DNA of 64,000 nt, taken from Candidatus Marinacidobacterales bacterium (GTDB taxonomy: Bacteria > Acidobacteriota > Vicinamibacteria > Marinacidobacterales > DATDRI01). The notes below the pieces were generated by a model, which was given only the letters and a program-made list of their open reading frames with translations, made no database searches and was not told where the DNA came from. The stretch spans positions 2,464,001-2,528,000 of the forward strand of contig OZ245365.1 in NCBI GenBank assembly GCA_965226495.1, read 5' to 3'. How positions within the stretch are numbered: the first letter of the stretch is position 1; each line of letters starts with the position of its first letter. The position numbers and the translations under genes were made by a program. Shown here one piece after another: positions 39,482 through 49,548 of the stretch.

Positions 39482-40864
39482 ATGAAGACCGCGGTGTGCA
39501 AAGCGTGGTTGTTAGTAGCCCTCACACTCTTGGTCGCGATGCCAGCGCAGGGCGTTGGTGACACGCACCAAGCCACATTGGCGATAGTCGGCGGCAGGTT
39601 GATCGATGGATTCGGCGGTCCCCCGCTCGAGGATGCGGTGATTCTCATCGAAGACGACACGATCGTCGCGGTCGGTCGGGTTGGTCAATTGGAGGTGCCG
39701 GCGAGCGCGAAGGTCGTGGATAGCGACGGCATGACGGTTCTGCCTGGTTTATGGGATGGACATGGTCACTTGTGGCATGTCGGCGAAGGAAACCCGGGCG
39801 AGTTCCGCAAGAAGTTCGGCGATCGGATGATGGAAATCATGAGTGCGACGGCTGAGGCCAACCTCATGGCCGGCATCACCAGTTTCCGGGATCTGGGCGG
39901 GCCGTTGGCAGACCAACAGGCTTTGAGAGCGGCTATCGAATCCGGGACGAAAATTGGACCTCGTCTTTACCTTGCCGGTCCACTCGTGAGACAGCGGGAC
40001 AAGAATCCTGGCATCAGCGCGGACGAGTATACCGTCGGTAGTCCCGACGAAGCCCGCGCCGTTGCCAAGAAGCTCATCGGCATGAAAGTCGATCAGATCG
40101 ACGTCGAGGGGCTCTGGGATCAGTCTGTTCTGGAAGCGATTACCGCCACCGCCCACGAGGCCGGTATCGGCGTGGACGCGGGTGTGCGGCATGTCGAGGC
40201 CTACCGCACCGCCGTCCATGCAGGCGTGGACCGGTTGCAGCAGGTGTTCACAGCGGATCCGCTGTCAGACTACAGCGATGAACTCATCCGCTTGCTAGTG
40301 AGGGGCGCGCGCCCCGTCGGCTCGGGACCTTCCGCAAACATCATACGCGGGCCTTATATCGTGCCCGCGATTGAGATGCGGAACTCCTACGTGCGTGCAC
40401 TGCGTTTCCCCGAGATTGTCGAACATCCAAAGTTCAAGAAACAGTTTGCCCCCGATATCTATGATTATCTGCGACTCACCTGGCGAAATCCGCAGGCGAT
40501 ACCTTGGGGTATCGGTGCCGAGGAGCGCGTGAAGGTCGCGAAACGGAAGCTGAGGCGCTTTATCGAAGCAGGAGGTCGCGAGCAGATCGTCGCCGGCTGT
40601 GATTCCGGATCGCCGTTGAATTTTCATAGCCCCATTCCCAAGGAAATCGCCAACCTGGCAGAGGCCGGCCTGACACCGATGGAGGCCATTCAAAGCGCAA
40701 CGCTCCGGCCTGCTCAAATGCAAGGAGTTGACGATAGGCTCGGCACCGTATCCGTCGGCAAGCTGGCGGACATCATCGTGGTCGACGGTGATCCCCTGCA
40801 AGAGATTGAAGTTCTGCAGCACCGGTTGGTTCACGTGATCAAGGATGGCATCGTGTACAAGTAA
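39482..40864 (+). CDS. Amidohydrolase family protein
   Basis: Signal peptide, LPGLWDGHGH, AGCDSG, GTVSVGKLADIIVVDGDP. Confidence 0.9.
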   Translation: MKTAVCKAWLLVALTLLVAMPAQGVGDTHQATLAIVGGRLIDGFGGPPLEDAVILIEDDTIVAVGRVGQLEVPASAKVVDSDGMTVLPGLWDGHGHLWHVGEGNPGEFRKKFGDRMMEIMSATAEANLMAGITSFRDLGGPLADQQALRAAIESGTKIGPRLYLAGPLVRQRDKNPGISADEYTVGSPDEARAVAKKLIGMKVDQIDVEGLWDQSVLEAITATAHEAGIGVDAGVRHVEAYRTAVHAGVDRLQQVFTADPLSDYSDELIRLLVRGARPVGSGPSANIIRGPYIVPAIEMRNSYVRALRFPEIVEHPKFKKQFAPDIYDYLRLTWRNPQAIPWGIGAEERVKVAKRKLRRFIEAGGREQIVAGCDSGSPLNFHSPIPKEIANLAEAGLTPMEAIQSATLRPAQMQGVDDRLGTVSVGKLADIIVVDGDPLQEIEVLQHRLVHVIKDGIVYK

Positions 40865-41776
40865 TCACTTCGCCTGAATCATCTTCAGCACGGCGACAAA
40901 GAGCTTGCTGTCCTCCTCTCCAAGAGAGAACACCGTCTGGTCGTGACCTTCATCTTCTAGAACGACGAGCTCCGCTTTCACGCCTTCGGCCTTCATCTTT
41001 TCGACGAGCTCTCGGGATTCGGTTTCGAAGGGCTCCAGGGTTCCGAAGGCAACAACCGCTCGCGGTACGGGGTTGTCGATGTCTAGGATGGGACTCGCCT
41101 CGGCGCGGAGATCTGGGTCGGGTACATAGGCATCGTTGTCCGGGGGCCGTGGACCGTCCCGCATGTCATAGGGGCCACTGACCGGGGCGACACCCTTGAC
41201 GAGTCCCTTCGGCAGCCCCATCTTCTCTCGCCAGGTGCCCCGCAGGCCGAGGTAGGCAGAAAGAAGCGCTCCGGCCGAGTGGCCACCCACGTAGATTCGG
41301 TTCGGATCGCCTCCGTACTCTTTAATGTTCTGGTGAATCCAGCGAACTGCAGCCGCAACATCTTCCGGCTGATCCGGGTAGTGAAATCCCTGCGCCGTGA
41401 GCCGATAGCTGGCTACCGCGGTGATGACGCCATTGGCTGCAAACGGCATCGCGATGTAGCCGTAGTGAGCACGATCGCCCTCTCGCAAGCCGCCTCCATG
41501 TAAGAACAAGAACGTAGCGGCGCCCACCGGTTTTTCCTTGGGTAAGTAGAGGTCCAATTTCTGTTTCGGATCGTGGCCGTAGGCCAGGTCCAGATGATGG
41601 GGTAGCTCTTTACGTGCTCTCGCTGTTCGCTCGTCGCAGGTTTCGTAGAAACTGACCCAGTCGATGCTGAACTCGTCAGCATGTTGGATGGTGTAGTATT
41701 TCGACGGGTCCTGACCCGCGGATGCGGATGAAATCAAGAGACTGAAAAAGACCAGTGCGTGTATCTTCTTGCTCAT
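40865..41776 (-). CDS. Secreted alpha/beta hydrolase (esterase/arylformamidase-like)
   Basis: LFLHGGG, GGHSAG, LDLYLP; ATG at 41776. Confidence 0.9.
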   Translation of the reverse strand: MSKKIHALVFFSLLISSASAGQDPSKYYTIQHADEFSIDWVSFYETCDERTARARKELPHHLDLAYGHDPKQKLDLYLPKEKPVGAATFLFLHGGGLREGDRAHYGYIAMPFAANGVITAVASYRLTAQGFHYPDQPEDVAAAVRWIHQNIKEYGGDPNRIYVGGHSAGALLSAYLGLRGTWREKMGLPKGLVKGVAPVSGPYDMRDGPRPPDNDAYVPDPDLRAEASPILDIDNPVPRAVVAFGTLEPFETESRELVEKMKAEGVKAELVVLEDEGHDQTVFSLGEEDSKLFVAVLKMIQAK

Positions 41777-41959
41777 GGTTCGACTCCCTGAAACGTTATG
41801 GCCGTCGCTCGTCAATGCCGCCCTTCCGCCCCACCCGCTCGGTCCGCCATGCCGATTCAATGACCGCCGGGCTCGGGACACTAGTCTAGGCGCTTTTCAT
41901 AGCAAGGTATAGGACGTGTCCTGAGCCACCGATGGCCTCCGCGAACTTTCTGGAGGCGG

Positions 41960-42123
41960 TATTGACATCCAACGGTGTTCGACCAGGTTCAACTGGACTC
42001 CGAAGCACACACGCTGGTTTGGCCCAACGGTCTGATTTTGACCCCGCGATTCTCCACAATTGGCCGAAAGCAGGGCCCAAGCTCGAGGCTCTTGCGAAAT
42101 CGTGGAACGTACCTGCCAAGTAG
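41960..42123 (+). pseudogene. DUF2442-like antitoxin C-terminal remnant
   Basis: FDQVQLDSEAHTLVWPNG / DFDPAILHNWP split by a frameshift. Confidence 0.65.
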
Positions 42124-42152
42124 AACTCTTCGTCTGGCGGTAGACCTACTCG

Positions 42153-43990
42153 GGACGTGAGAAAAATTCGGATTGCGGGGAGATGGGGATGGTTGGTCCA
42201 CAGTTCTGACGATCACGGCGATCGGGCCGGCATCCCGCGGATTCACGCCGTTATCGGCGCTGGAGTTTCGATGATGCCTTCTGACACGCTGAAACTCGCC
42301 CGGCTGCGTGTGCACAATCGCCGGTCGGGTGGCGCTCACGCCGGCACGGGCTCCGATACCAAGTTCGGCCTCCATCGGAGGCGAATCCACTGCTGGATAT
42401 CGTAGGTGAGGGCGGCCCAGAGAGATTCGGTGCGCACTTTGGCGATTCCGCGCACGCTAAACTGCCGCAGGCCGAACTTGGCTTTGATCCAAAGATTCGG
42501 AAACTCGGCCACCTGCGAGCGTGTCTTATAGATGGCCTTGGCTTCGTCGGTCTGCATCTTCTGCCGGAATGCGGCTATCTCCGGCAAGGGTTCGAGCCTT
42601 TCGATCGACCGACCGCTCGACGTGCGAGGACAGCAGAACTCCTTGACCGAGCACGTGTCGCAATCTTTCGCCGAGGCCTTGTATCGATAGCGCATCATGC
42701 CATCGCGTTCGAACTTTGCGTCGTAGCGTAAACGCTTGCCCTGCGGGCATACGTACGTGTTGCTCGCCTCATCGTGCACAAAGCTCGATGCTTCGAAAGC
42801 CGAAATAATGCCGTAGCGCTGATAGGACTTGCGCCGATTGGCCTCTGCCGACTTGCCCCGGGGCTCAGGGCCGACGAGGTCGATGCCGCGCTTCGCCATC
42901 TCCACGATGTTGTGGCTACTGATGTAGCCCCCATCTACGACCACCTGATCGGGCGTGCGCTGCAGCGTCTGTTCGATCCGTTCCATCGCCGGCGTCAGCT
43001 GCTGATAATCGCTGCCGGCCTGCGTGGCATCGATGTCGACAATCAAGCCGTGCGCGGCATCCGTTAAGATCTGGACGTTGTAGCTGGGCGCGGAACCGCC
43101 CTCGGCTTGCTTCATCACCCGCGCGTCGGGGTCGGTCGTGCTCACGCGCTCCATGCGGCTTTTCGCCGCTTTCAGCTTGTCGAATTCCTTCAACGCTGAT
43201 TCTAGCCGCTGGCGTCTCTCACGCTTGGCGCGTTGCTGCGCTGCCTGCATCTGTCGGCTCGATTCCTCCTCCGTCTGTGCCTCGAGGGCCTCGACCGCCT
43301 CACGCGCCTGCTCCAGATACGCCTCGACTCGAGGCTTACGGCGAAATCTATTCGACGATGCGTTCGCGCGCACCTTCGTCCCATCCTGCATGACCCGCTC
43401 GAGTGGGATCAATCCTTCCGCACTCAGCAGCCCTAACGTTTGCACAAACAACTCGTGCAAGGCGTCCGCATGCGCGACCCGAAAGTCCGACAGCGTGTGC
43501 GCACTGATGCCTTCCATCCCCGTCAGCCATTGATACCCCGGCTCATGCTCGCACAGTCGCTCAATCGCGCGGGCCGAACTCTCTCCCCGGCTGTAGCTGT
43601 AGACCCAAAGGCTCACCAGAAGCTGCGGGTCAAACGCAGGCCGGCCTGCGGCACCGGCGACCGAGCGGACCTGCTCCCTATAGCGACTAAGATCCAGCTG
43701 CCCCACGAACTCCCAGATCGCACGCGCTGGGTGATCCCTGGGGATCAACCGCTCCACGTCGACCGTCCGCAGCAGCATCTGCGTGCGATCGACCACCTTC
43801 AACCGAGCCTCTCCCGCCCGCTCGCACTCATCGCCGTCACCACCATCGCCAGGCACGGGCAAGCCCGGCAACGACGCTTGCTTATCGCCCACGCTTACCC
43901 CACTTCCTCCTACGATTCGTCACGTATCCCATGACCGCAATCTTGCAACATAGCTGCAACGTGAGTAAAGCCCAATTTTTTCTCACGTCC
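42153..43990 (-). mobile_element. IS1182-family element, transposase 42336-43892
   Basis: Terminal IRs GGACGTGAGAAAAA at both ends, TCG (or CTCGG) duplicated; HPARAIW, GRPAFDP, DGTKVRANAS, STTDPDARVMK, YNVQ, DGGY. Confidence 0.93.
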
Positions 43991-44019
43991 TCGGTCCGGA
44001 CCCAGTAACCAAAGGTAAC
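43991..44019 (+). repeat. Palindrome-family site E (left arm split by IS1182)
   Basis: Empty site reconstructs as CCTACTCGG-TCCGGA-CCCAGTAACCAAAGGTAAC. Confidence 0.88.
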
Positions 44020-44028
44020 AACAGACCG

Positions 44029-44580
44029 CTACTTGGTGGATTCGAAGCGCTCGTTTGCCTTTCGGAAGTTTTCGCGAAGGGCCTCGACATCGAAGGGGCG
44101 TTCTGCGAGGGTTTTGGAATCCCATTCGCTGCGGCCAGGCGCGAAGAAGTTTCCGCCGTAGATGTGGATCGCTCCTGTGAGTTGGGGAATCGGGTTGATC
44201 ACCGAGTGGATTCCGTTTTCTCCGAGAGGAAACACTTCTTTCTCAGACAACGATGCGGCTCGCTTCGCCTGCACCGTTGATCCCTCTCGCTGCCAAAGAA
44301 TGTTGTCCTCGCGCCCGGTATAGATGCCGATCGAAGCCCACATGTTGTGGTTGTGAGGCAGGAGCACCATGAGAGGAGCCCAGATCACGTTGAGGATCGT
44401 GAGGTCGTCCTCGTGGTGGAGGACGCCCAATCCCGCGGTCTCCGGCTCCCCCAAGCCCTCGAGAACGCGGCCCGGTTCCGACACCGCCCGTGCCAAGACC
44501 TCGCTCACCGCCCCTTGACCGTTGAGATTGGCCCTCTTTACCTCGTCAACGAATCGCTCGGTATCAAACTTCTTGGTCAT
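44029..44580 (-). CDS. Cysteine-dioxygenase-like cupin protein
   Basis: LNVIWAP..LLPHNHNMWASIGIYTGREDN...IHSVINP...AIHIYGG. Confidence 0.85.
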   Translation of the reverse strand: MTKKFDTERFVDEVKRANLNGQGAVSEVLARAVSEPGRVLEGLGEPETAGLGVLHHEDDLTILNVIWAPLMVLLPHNHNMWASIGIYTGREDNILWQREGSTVQAKRAASLSEKEVFPLGENGIHSVINPIPQLTGAIHIYGGNFFAPGRSEWDSKTLAERPFDVEALRENFRKANERFESTK

Positions 44581-44671
44581 GGGTGGTCTCTCCAGTTCGT
44601 CCCCGGGCGACGGTGGTCGCAGCTAGGAGAACGACACTTCCTCCCTCCTACTGGGCGCGGGGCATCGCTCG

Positions 44672-44715
44672 GGATTATACCGATACTCGGTGCGGACCGA
44701 GTATCCAAAAGTAAC
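44672..44715 (+). repeat. Palindrome-family site F
   Basis: GGATTATACCGATACTCGG-TGCGGA-CCGAGTATCCAAAAGTAAC; inner 9-bp arms are a perfect inverted repeat. Confidence 0.88.
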
Positions 44716-44744
44716 AAGACCCCAGGGAGTTGGGGTATGTCGGC

Positions 44745-47020
44745 CTACTCCACCTCAATCGTCACTCGCTCGAGCTTCCCCGTGAACGGAAACGGAGGTT
44801 CGTAAGTCCAGCTCACCGGTGAGCCCCAGTCCTCACCGACGTCCAGGGTTTCGTCGTACGTGAAGAGAATCGGCACGGTCTTGTCGATCCGGCCTCGAGC
44901 CACCTGCTTACCGTTGACGGACATTGTGCCCATGCCGCCCTTTCCGCGGCCGCCTCCGTCATAAACGAAGTCGAACCGAAGCGTGGACTTCCCCACCGGC
45001 AAGGGATCTGAAGAGGCGATGGTGTAGCGCTCCAAAGCGAACCAGTTATAGACGAACGTCGGTATCCCGTCTTGCACCATGAGCACGAAGCCGGCAGGCG
45101 AGCCACCGAGGGTCACGATGACTCCTTCTGTCATGCTTTCCGCAGTCTCGATTTCAGCGACAATAGAAAACGACCGGTTCTTGATATCAATGACTCCCTG
45201 TTCCGGCATTCGAGAGATGCCGGGCCCGTAGACCACTTTGTTGCCGGTGGTTAGTTGTGGGCCGTGTCGGGTCGCCAGCAGCGCCGCCATGTCGTCGCGC
45301 AGCGGATACACGTGGTGTTCTTCGGCCTGGTGGTTGAAGAGTTGCTTCAGCGTCTCGAGTTTCTCCGGGTGGGTCTCTGCCAAGTTCTTCGATTGGCCAT
45401 AGTCGTTTTCCAGATCGTAGAGCTCCCACTCGTCGTTCGCGAAGTCACCCGGACTCCCCAGGCTGGTTCCCGTAAAGCCGTGGCGAGTTCCAGCCCACCA
45501 TCCTTCTTGGTAAATGGCGCGGGTGCCTATCGACTCGAAATACTGGGTCGTGTGTCTGCTCGGGGCGTCTTGGTCGTCGAACGTGTAGATCATACTGACG
45601 CCTTCGATCGGCTTTTGCTGGATGCCGTTGACCGTTTCGGGCTCCGGAAGGCCGGAAGCCTCGAGGATCGTCGGTACGATATCGATCAGATGGTGAAACT
45701 GCGTGCGGAGGCCACCATTGTCCTTGATTCGAGCGGGCCAAGAGATGACCATGCCGCTCCGCACGCCCCCGAGATGGGAAGCCACCGGCTTTCCCCACAT
45801 GAACGGTGCGCTGGTGGCGTAGGCCACGTTGCGGGCATGGAGCCATAGGAGCGCGGGCCACCAAGCTCGTCGATTTCGTCGAGCATTCTCTCCAAGGGAT
45901 AGGTCACGCCATTGGTAAACGCTGACTTGTTGTTGCTCCCTTGGAGTCCACCTTCCGGCGTGGGGCCGTTGTCACCGGGTATATAGATGATGAGTGTGTT
46001 GTCGATGTCACCCATCTGCTCAATAGCTTCGATGATGCGACCGACTTGGAAATCGGTATGCTCGAACGAACCGGAGACAACCTCCATCCACCGGGCACCG
46101 ACTTTTTTCTCTATGTCGGTGAGCTCGTCCCAGTGCGGCAAGATCCCTTCCGGCCATGCGCTGAGCTTCGTATCGGAAGGTACGACCCCCAGCGCGATCT
46201 GCCTAGTCAATGTTCGCGTTCGGAGATTGTCATAGCCGTCGTCAAACTTGCCTTTGTACTTGGCGATGAAACTCTTGGGCGCTGCAACCGGCGGCTTGTG
46301 GGCTGCCGGAGCCCAATAGGCGAACCAGGGTTTCTCGGGATAGACCGTCTGCTGCTGCTGGATCCACCGTATCGCCTTGTCGGCCATGTCGGCCTCGAAG
46401 TGATATCCCTCGTCTGGCGTCTTCGCGGGGCGGACGGGTGTAGTGTTCTCCCAAATGGGCGTATACCAACTGTTGGCGCCGGCGCCGAAGAAACCGTAGA
46501 AATAATCGAAACCGAAGCTTGTCGGCCATCGGTCGAACGGTCCCACCGGCGTGATCTCGTAGACCGGCGTCAGGTGTGATTTGCCGAACCAGGCCGTGGC
46601 GTAGCCGTTCTGACGCAGAATCTCGCCAACCGTCGCGGCGCTTTTCGGAATGATGGCGTTGTAGCTCGGATGGTCGCTCGCCATTTCCGGAGTGAAGCCC
46701 ATTCCGACGGAGTGAGCGTTGCGGCCGGTGAGGAGCGCCGCGCGGGATGCCGCACAGACGGCGTTGGTGTGAAAGTAGTTATAACGCAGTCCCTCGTTCG
46801 CGAGCCGATCGAGGGTGGGCGTGTTGACGGGTCCGCCGAAGGTGCTTGGCTGGCCGAAACCGACGTCGTCACCCATGACCAGCAGGACGTTGGGAGCTCC
46901 CTCGGGTGCCCGAAGATCTTGCGCGGAGTCGGGTGGCAAGACCGTCCGATCCGAAGTGGCCGGGGGGCTGCAAGCGACGATGCCCAGTAGAACGACCATC
47001 GGGAGAAGAAAACGCTTCAT
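44745..47020 (-). pseudogene. Arylsulfatase lipoprotein with 1-nt frameshift
   Basis: IVAC lipobox, PNVLLVMGDDVGFG, CAASRAALLTGR sulfatase motif, GKSH, GDNG; frameshift near 45825 (TGG CCT ACG instead of TGG GCC TAC). Confidence 0.9.
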
Positions 47021-47061
47021 TCCATCCTCACAAAGTGGGCCTGAGCAGTAGATCAAACCTA

Positions 47062-47086
47062 GTCGGTCCGAGTAATCATAAGTAAC
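47062..47086 (+). repeat. Palindrome-family site G
   Basis: GTCGGT-CCGAGTAATCATAAGTAAC. Confidence 0.75.
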
Positions 47087-47174
47087 TGCGTTGGAGGCCG
47101 GGGGACAGTCTTTCGCAGCCTTGCATTGAGCATTGAGGGACAGGCTCGGTGCCTGCCCCTCGGTTACGGCACCG

Positions 47175-47945
47175 CTAGTCCGAATTGGGATTGCTCGGTC
47201 TGTAGCTCAGGTCTTCTCGGTACGTCAGGATCGTAAAATTAGTACTGTGGAAGCTCGTCTTGGAAAGGACGTCCATAATGGCGTTGCTCTCGGTCCGTCC
47301 GTAGGCGTCTTCCAGCATTTTGGGGAAACCCCTCGGCCGACCAATCGACGCCCAGCTCTTGTGGACCCACCACACGAGGAAGGCCGGCTGACGGCCTCCT
47401 GCTACGACGCGGCTGAAATAGTACTGCAGGTCGGAGTCGGCCTTGGCGATCGCGGCCGGGAGCTTACCGACTGCGTTCACGTACTCCTCCGCCTTCTCCG
47501 GCTTCGCATAGACCGTAACCACCAGGGCGAGCTTTGCTGGAGGCGTCCCCTTAGGAGGTGTGACACTATGCGTCGGCAAGTCGACAATATAGCTGGTCTC
47601 CATAGACTCGGTGTAGGGCCCGGCGTTTTTCTTCCAATCTGCCGCGTCCTCCGGTCCCGACACCGGGATGTTGTCGAAATCGGACCATTTGTGCTCGAAC
47701 GTACCAATGGTGAAGTCCCCCGTGTTTTCGCCGCTCGAAATTTGGTGAACTTCCCACTGCCAGGGGTCGCCTTTCTTACGGTGATACTCCATGTGCTTCT
47801 TGGCGCCCTCGACCCATTGGTCCGTCATTCCGGGCTTGGGCTTCACATGGATCATCATTCCCACCACGTCCTCCTCTTGTGACGCGGCGGGCAACGCGGT
47901 GAAGACCAGACCCAGCGCACCGCCGATAAGAAGTAGCCTCTTCAT
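47175..47945 (-). CDS. Secreted hypothetical protein with two similar alpha/beta (NIPSNAP-like) halves
   Basis: Signal peptide; HVKPKPG / YAKPEK repeats; ends YREDLSY. Confidence 0.7.
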   Translation of the reverse strand: MKRLLLIGGALGLVFTALPAASQEEDVVGMMIHVKPKPGMTDQWVEGAKKHMEYHRKKGDPWQWEVHQISSGENTGDFTIGTFEHKWSDFDNIPVSGPEDAADWKKNAGPYTESMETSYIVDLPTHSVTPPKGTPPAKLALVVTVYAKPEKAEEYVNAVGKLPAAIAKADSDLQYYFSRVVAGGRQPAFLVWWVHKSWASIGRPRGFPKMLEDAYGRTESNAIMDVLSKTSFHSTNFTILTYREDLSYRPSNPNSD

Positions 47946-48047
47946 TCTTGCCCCCTTTGCCCTCTATGAATTCCAGAGCTTTCTGCTCGCAGATTTGGCA
48001 CAACCCTACGCACGGCATCATCGCAAGTCAAGGGACCTGTCGTGCGC

Positions 48048-48082
48048 TACTCGGTCCGGACCGAGCAACCCAAACTATTAAC
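48048..48082 (+). repeat. Palindrome-family site H
   Basis: TACTCGG-TCCGGA-CCGAGCAACCCAAACTATTAAC. Confidence 0.8.
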
Positions 48083-48099
48083 AATACGCGGCGGAGCCG

Positions 48100-49533
48100 C
48101 TATCGTTCGGACACCGCATCTCGAAAACGCTCGTCGCTTTCGGCGATAGCGTAGGCCATGAACGCCATCGCTGCTAAGTTGCGCCTCACGGATTCCAGGT
48201 TCACCTTGTCGAAGGTGTCCCCATCGCTGTGATGAAAGATGAAGTAACGACTCGGGTCGTTTCGTAGCGCAACGGCCAAGACCCCCTTCTCCTCCAAGGG
48301 AGCTAGGTCCGGGGCCCAGGCTTCGGGCGGCAGTCCGCCCGGGCCACCGTAGTCCACCCACACGGCGCCAATTGGATCTAGAAGGCGGGCCCACTGGCGA
48401 ATTAGATCCAGCGTCCTTCCCTTCTGGCTAACGCGGAATCCAATGGGATCGTCGGCGCCGGCGTCGGCTTCGATCGCGGCCACGTGTCGTTCGAGCTCGT
48501 CCGAGGGCATGTCGGCGTATCGCTTCGCGCCCGGTGCCCGGATCTCCTCGGTCATGAACAAGACCGTCCGGATCGTTCGGCGCGGCACGAGCCCAAGCTC
48601 CTTGAGAAGACGTGGTGTCTCCATGGCGATGGCGGAGCCGACGGCGTCGTCGAACGCTCCCGTCCCGAGATCCCAGGAATCGAGATGGGCACCGACCACG
48701 ACGATCTCATCTGGATTTTCCCGTCCTCGAATCTCGCCGATCACATTGGCCGATTCGACCTCACCCTCGGGTCCACAGGTCATCACCAATCGCACGGTAG
48801 GTTTCTCACCGGTGGCGATCAGCCGATGGAGAAGATCGCCGGCTTCGGTCGCCAAGGCGGCATGCGGGATACGCGGGACGTCGTCCACGTAGTACGTTGC
48901 TCCAGTGTGCGGCGTACCCAAGCTGCCGGTGGCGAGGGAGCGAATCATGGATGCCGCGGCTCCGAGTTTGGCCGCCTCCACGGCGCCACGGCTACGGTAG
49001 CGGATCTGTTCACCGTAGGCTTGAAGAGGGTGTACATCCGGCTTCAGCGGCGTGTGGTAGTAAACGATTTTCCCCTCTACCGCTTCTCCCAACTGAGAGA
49101 GCTCTTCGAAACTCGATACCTCGATGACCTCGGCGGTGATCCCCGCCTCCGGTGTGCCCACGCTCCCTCCAAGTGCGGTCAAAGGCAATTTCTGTCGGCT
49201 AGGAGTCAAGAGCTCCCCGGTCTCGACACCTCGCACCCATTTCGGAACGGTCACCGGCTGGAGCCTGACGTTCTCGAACCCGTCCTTCTTCATCCGCTCC
49301 GCCGTCCATCGGACGGCTTCGGCTGCTTGGGGAGAGCCACTCAGCCGAGGGCCGATGCCATCGGTGAGATGTCTCAGTATTTCCATTGCGCGATCGTTGC
49401 GGTTTGCGGCGGCGATGATCTGACGCGCCGCTCGTTCGAGATCCCGCTCGGGTGGACGAGAGTGCGCGGTGAAAGCGCAGAGCACAAAGAGCGCGATAGA
49501 AAAAGACAACAACAGGCTGGAACGAGACGTCAT
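48100..49533 (-). CDS. M28 metallopeptidase (carboxypeptidase Q-like)
   Basis: IGPRLSGS, GAHLDSWDLGTGAFDD, TEE, HHSDGDTFDK. Confidence 0.92.
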   Translation of the reverse strand: MTSRSSLLLSFSIALFVLCAFTAHSRPPERDLERAARQIIAAANRNDRAMEILRHLTDGIGPRLSGSPQAAEAVRWTAERMKKDGFENVRLQPVTVPKWVRGVETGELLTPSRQKLPLTALGGSVGTPEAGITAEVIEVSSFEELSQLGEAVEGKIVYYHTPLKPDVHPLQAYGEQIRYRSRGAVEAAKLGAAASMIRSLATGSLGTPHTGATYYVDDVPRIPHAALATEAGDLLHRLIATGEKPTVRLVMTCGPEGEVESANVIGEIRGRENPDEIVVVGAHLDSWDLGTGAFDDAVGSAIAMETPRLLKELGLVPRRTIRTVLFMTEEIRAPGAKRYADMPSDELERHVAAIEADAGADDPIGFRVSQKGRTLDLIRQWARLLDPIGAVWVDYGGPGGLPPEAWAPDLAPLEEKGVLAVALRNDPSRYFIFHHSDGDTFDKVNLESVRRNLAAMAFMAYAIAESDERFRDAVSER

Positions 49534-49548
49534 GTGACCTCCTTCAAT

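Noticed and set aside
21589-48082. Classical integron attC array or CRISPR array as the explanation of the repeated sites
   Set aside because: No RYYYAAC...GTTRRRY boxes and no integron integrase seen; spacing is 0.7-9 kb with degenerate copies and no cas genes
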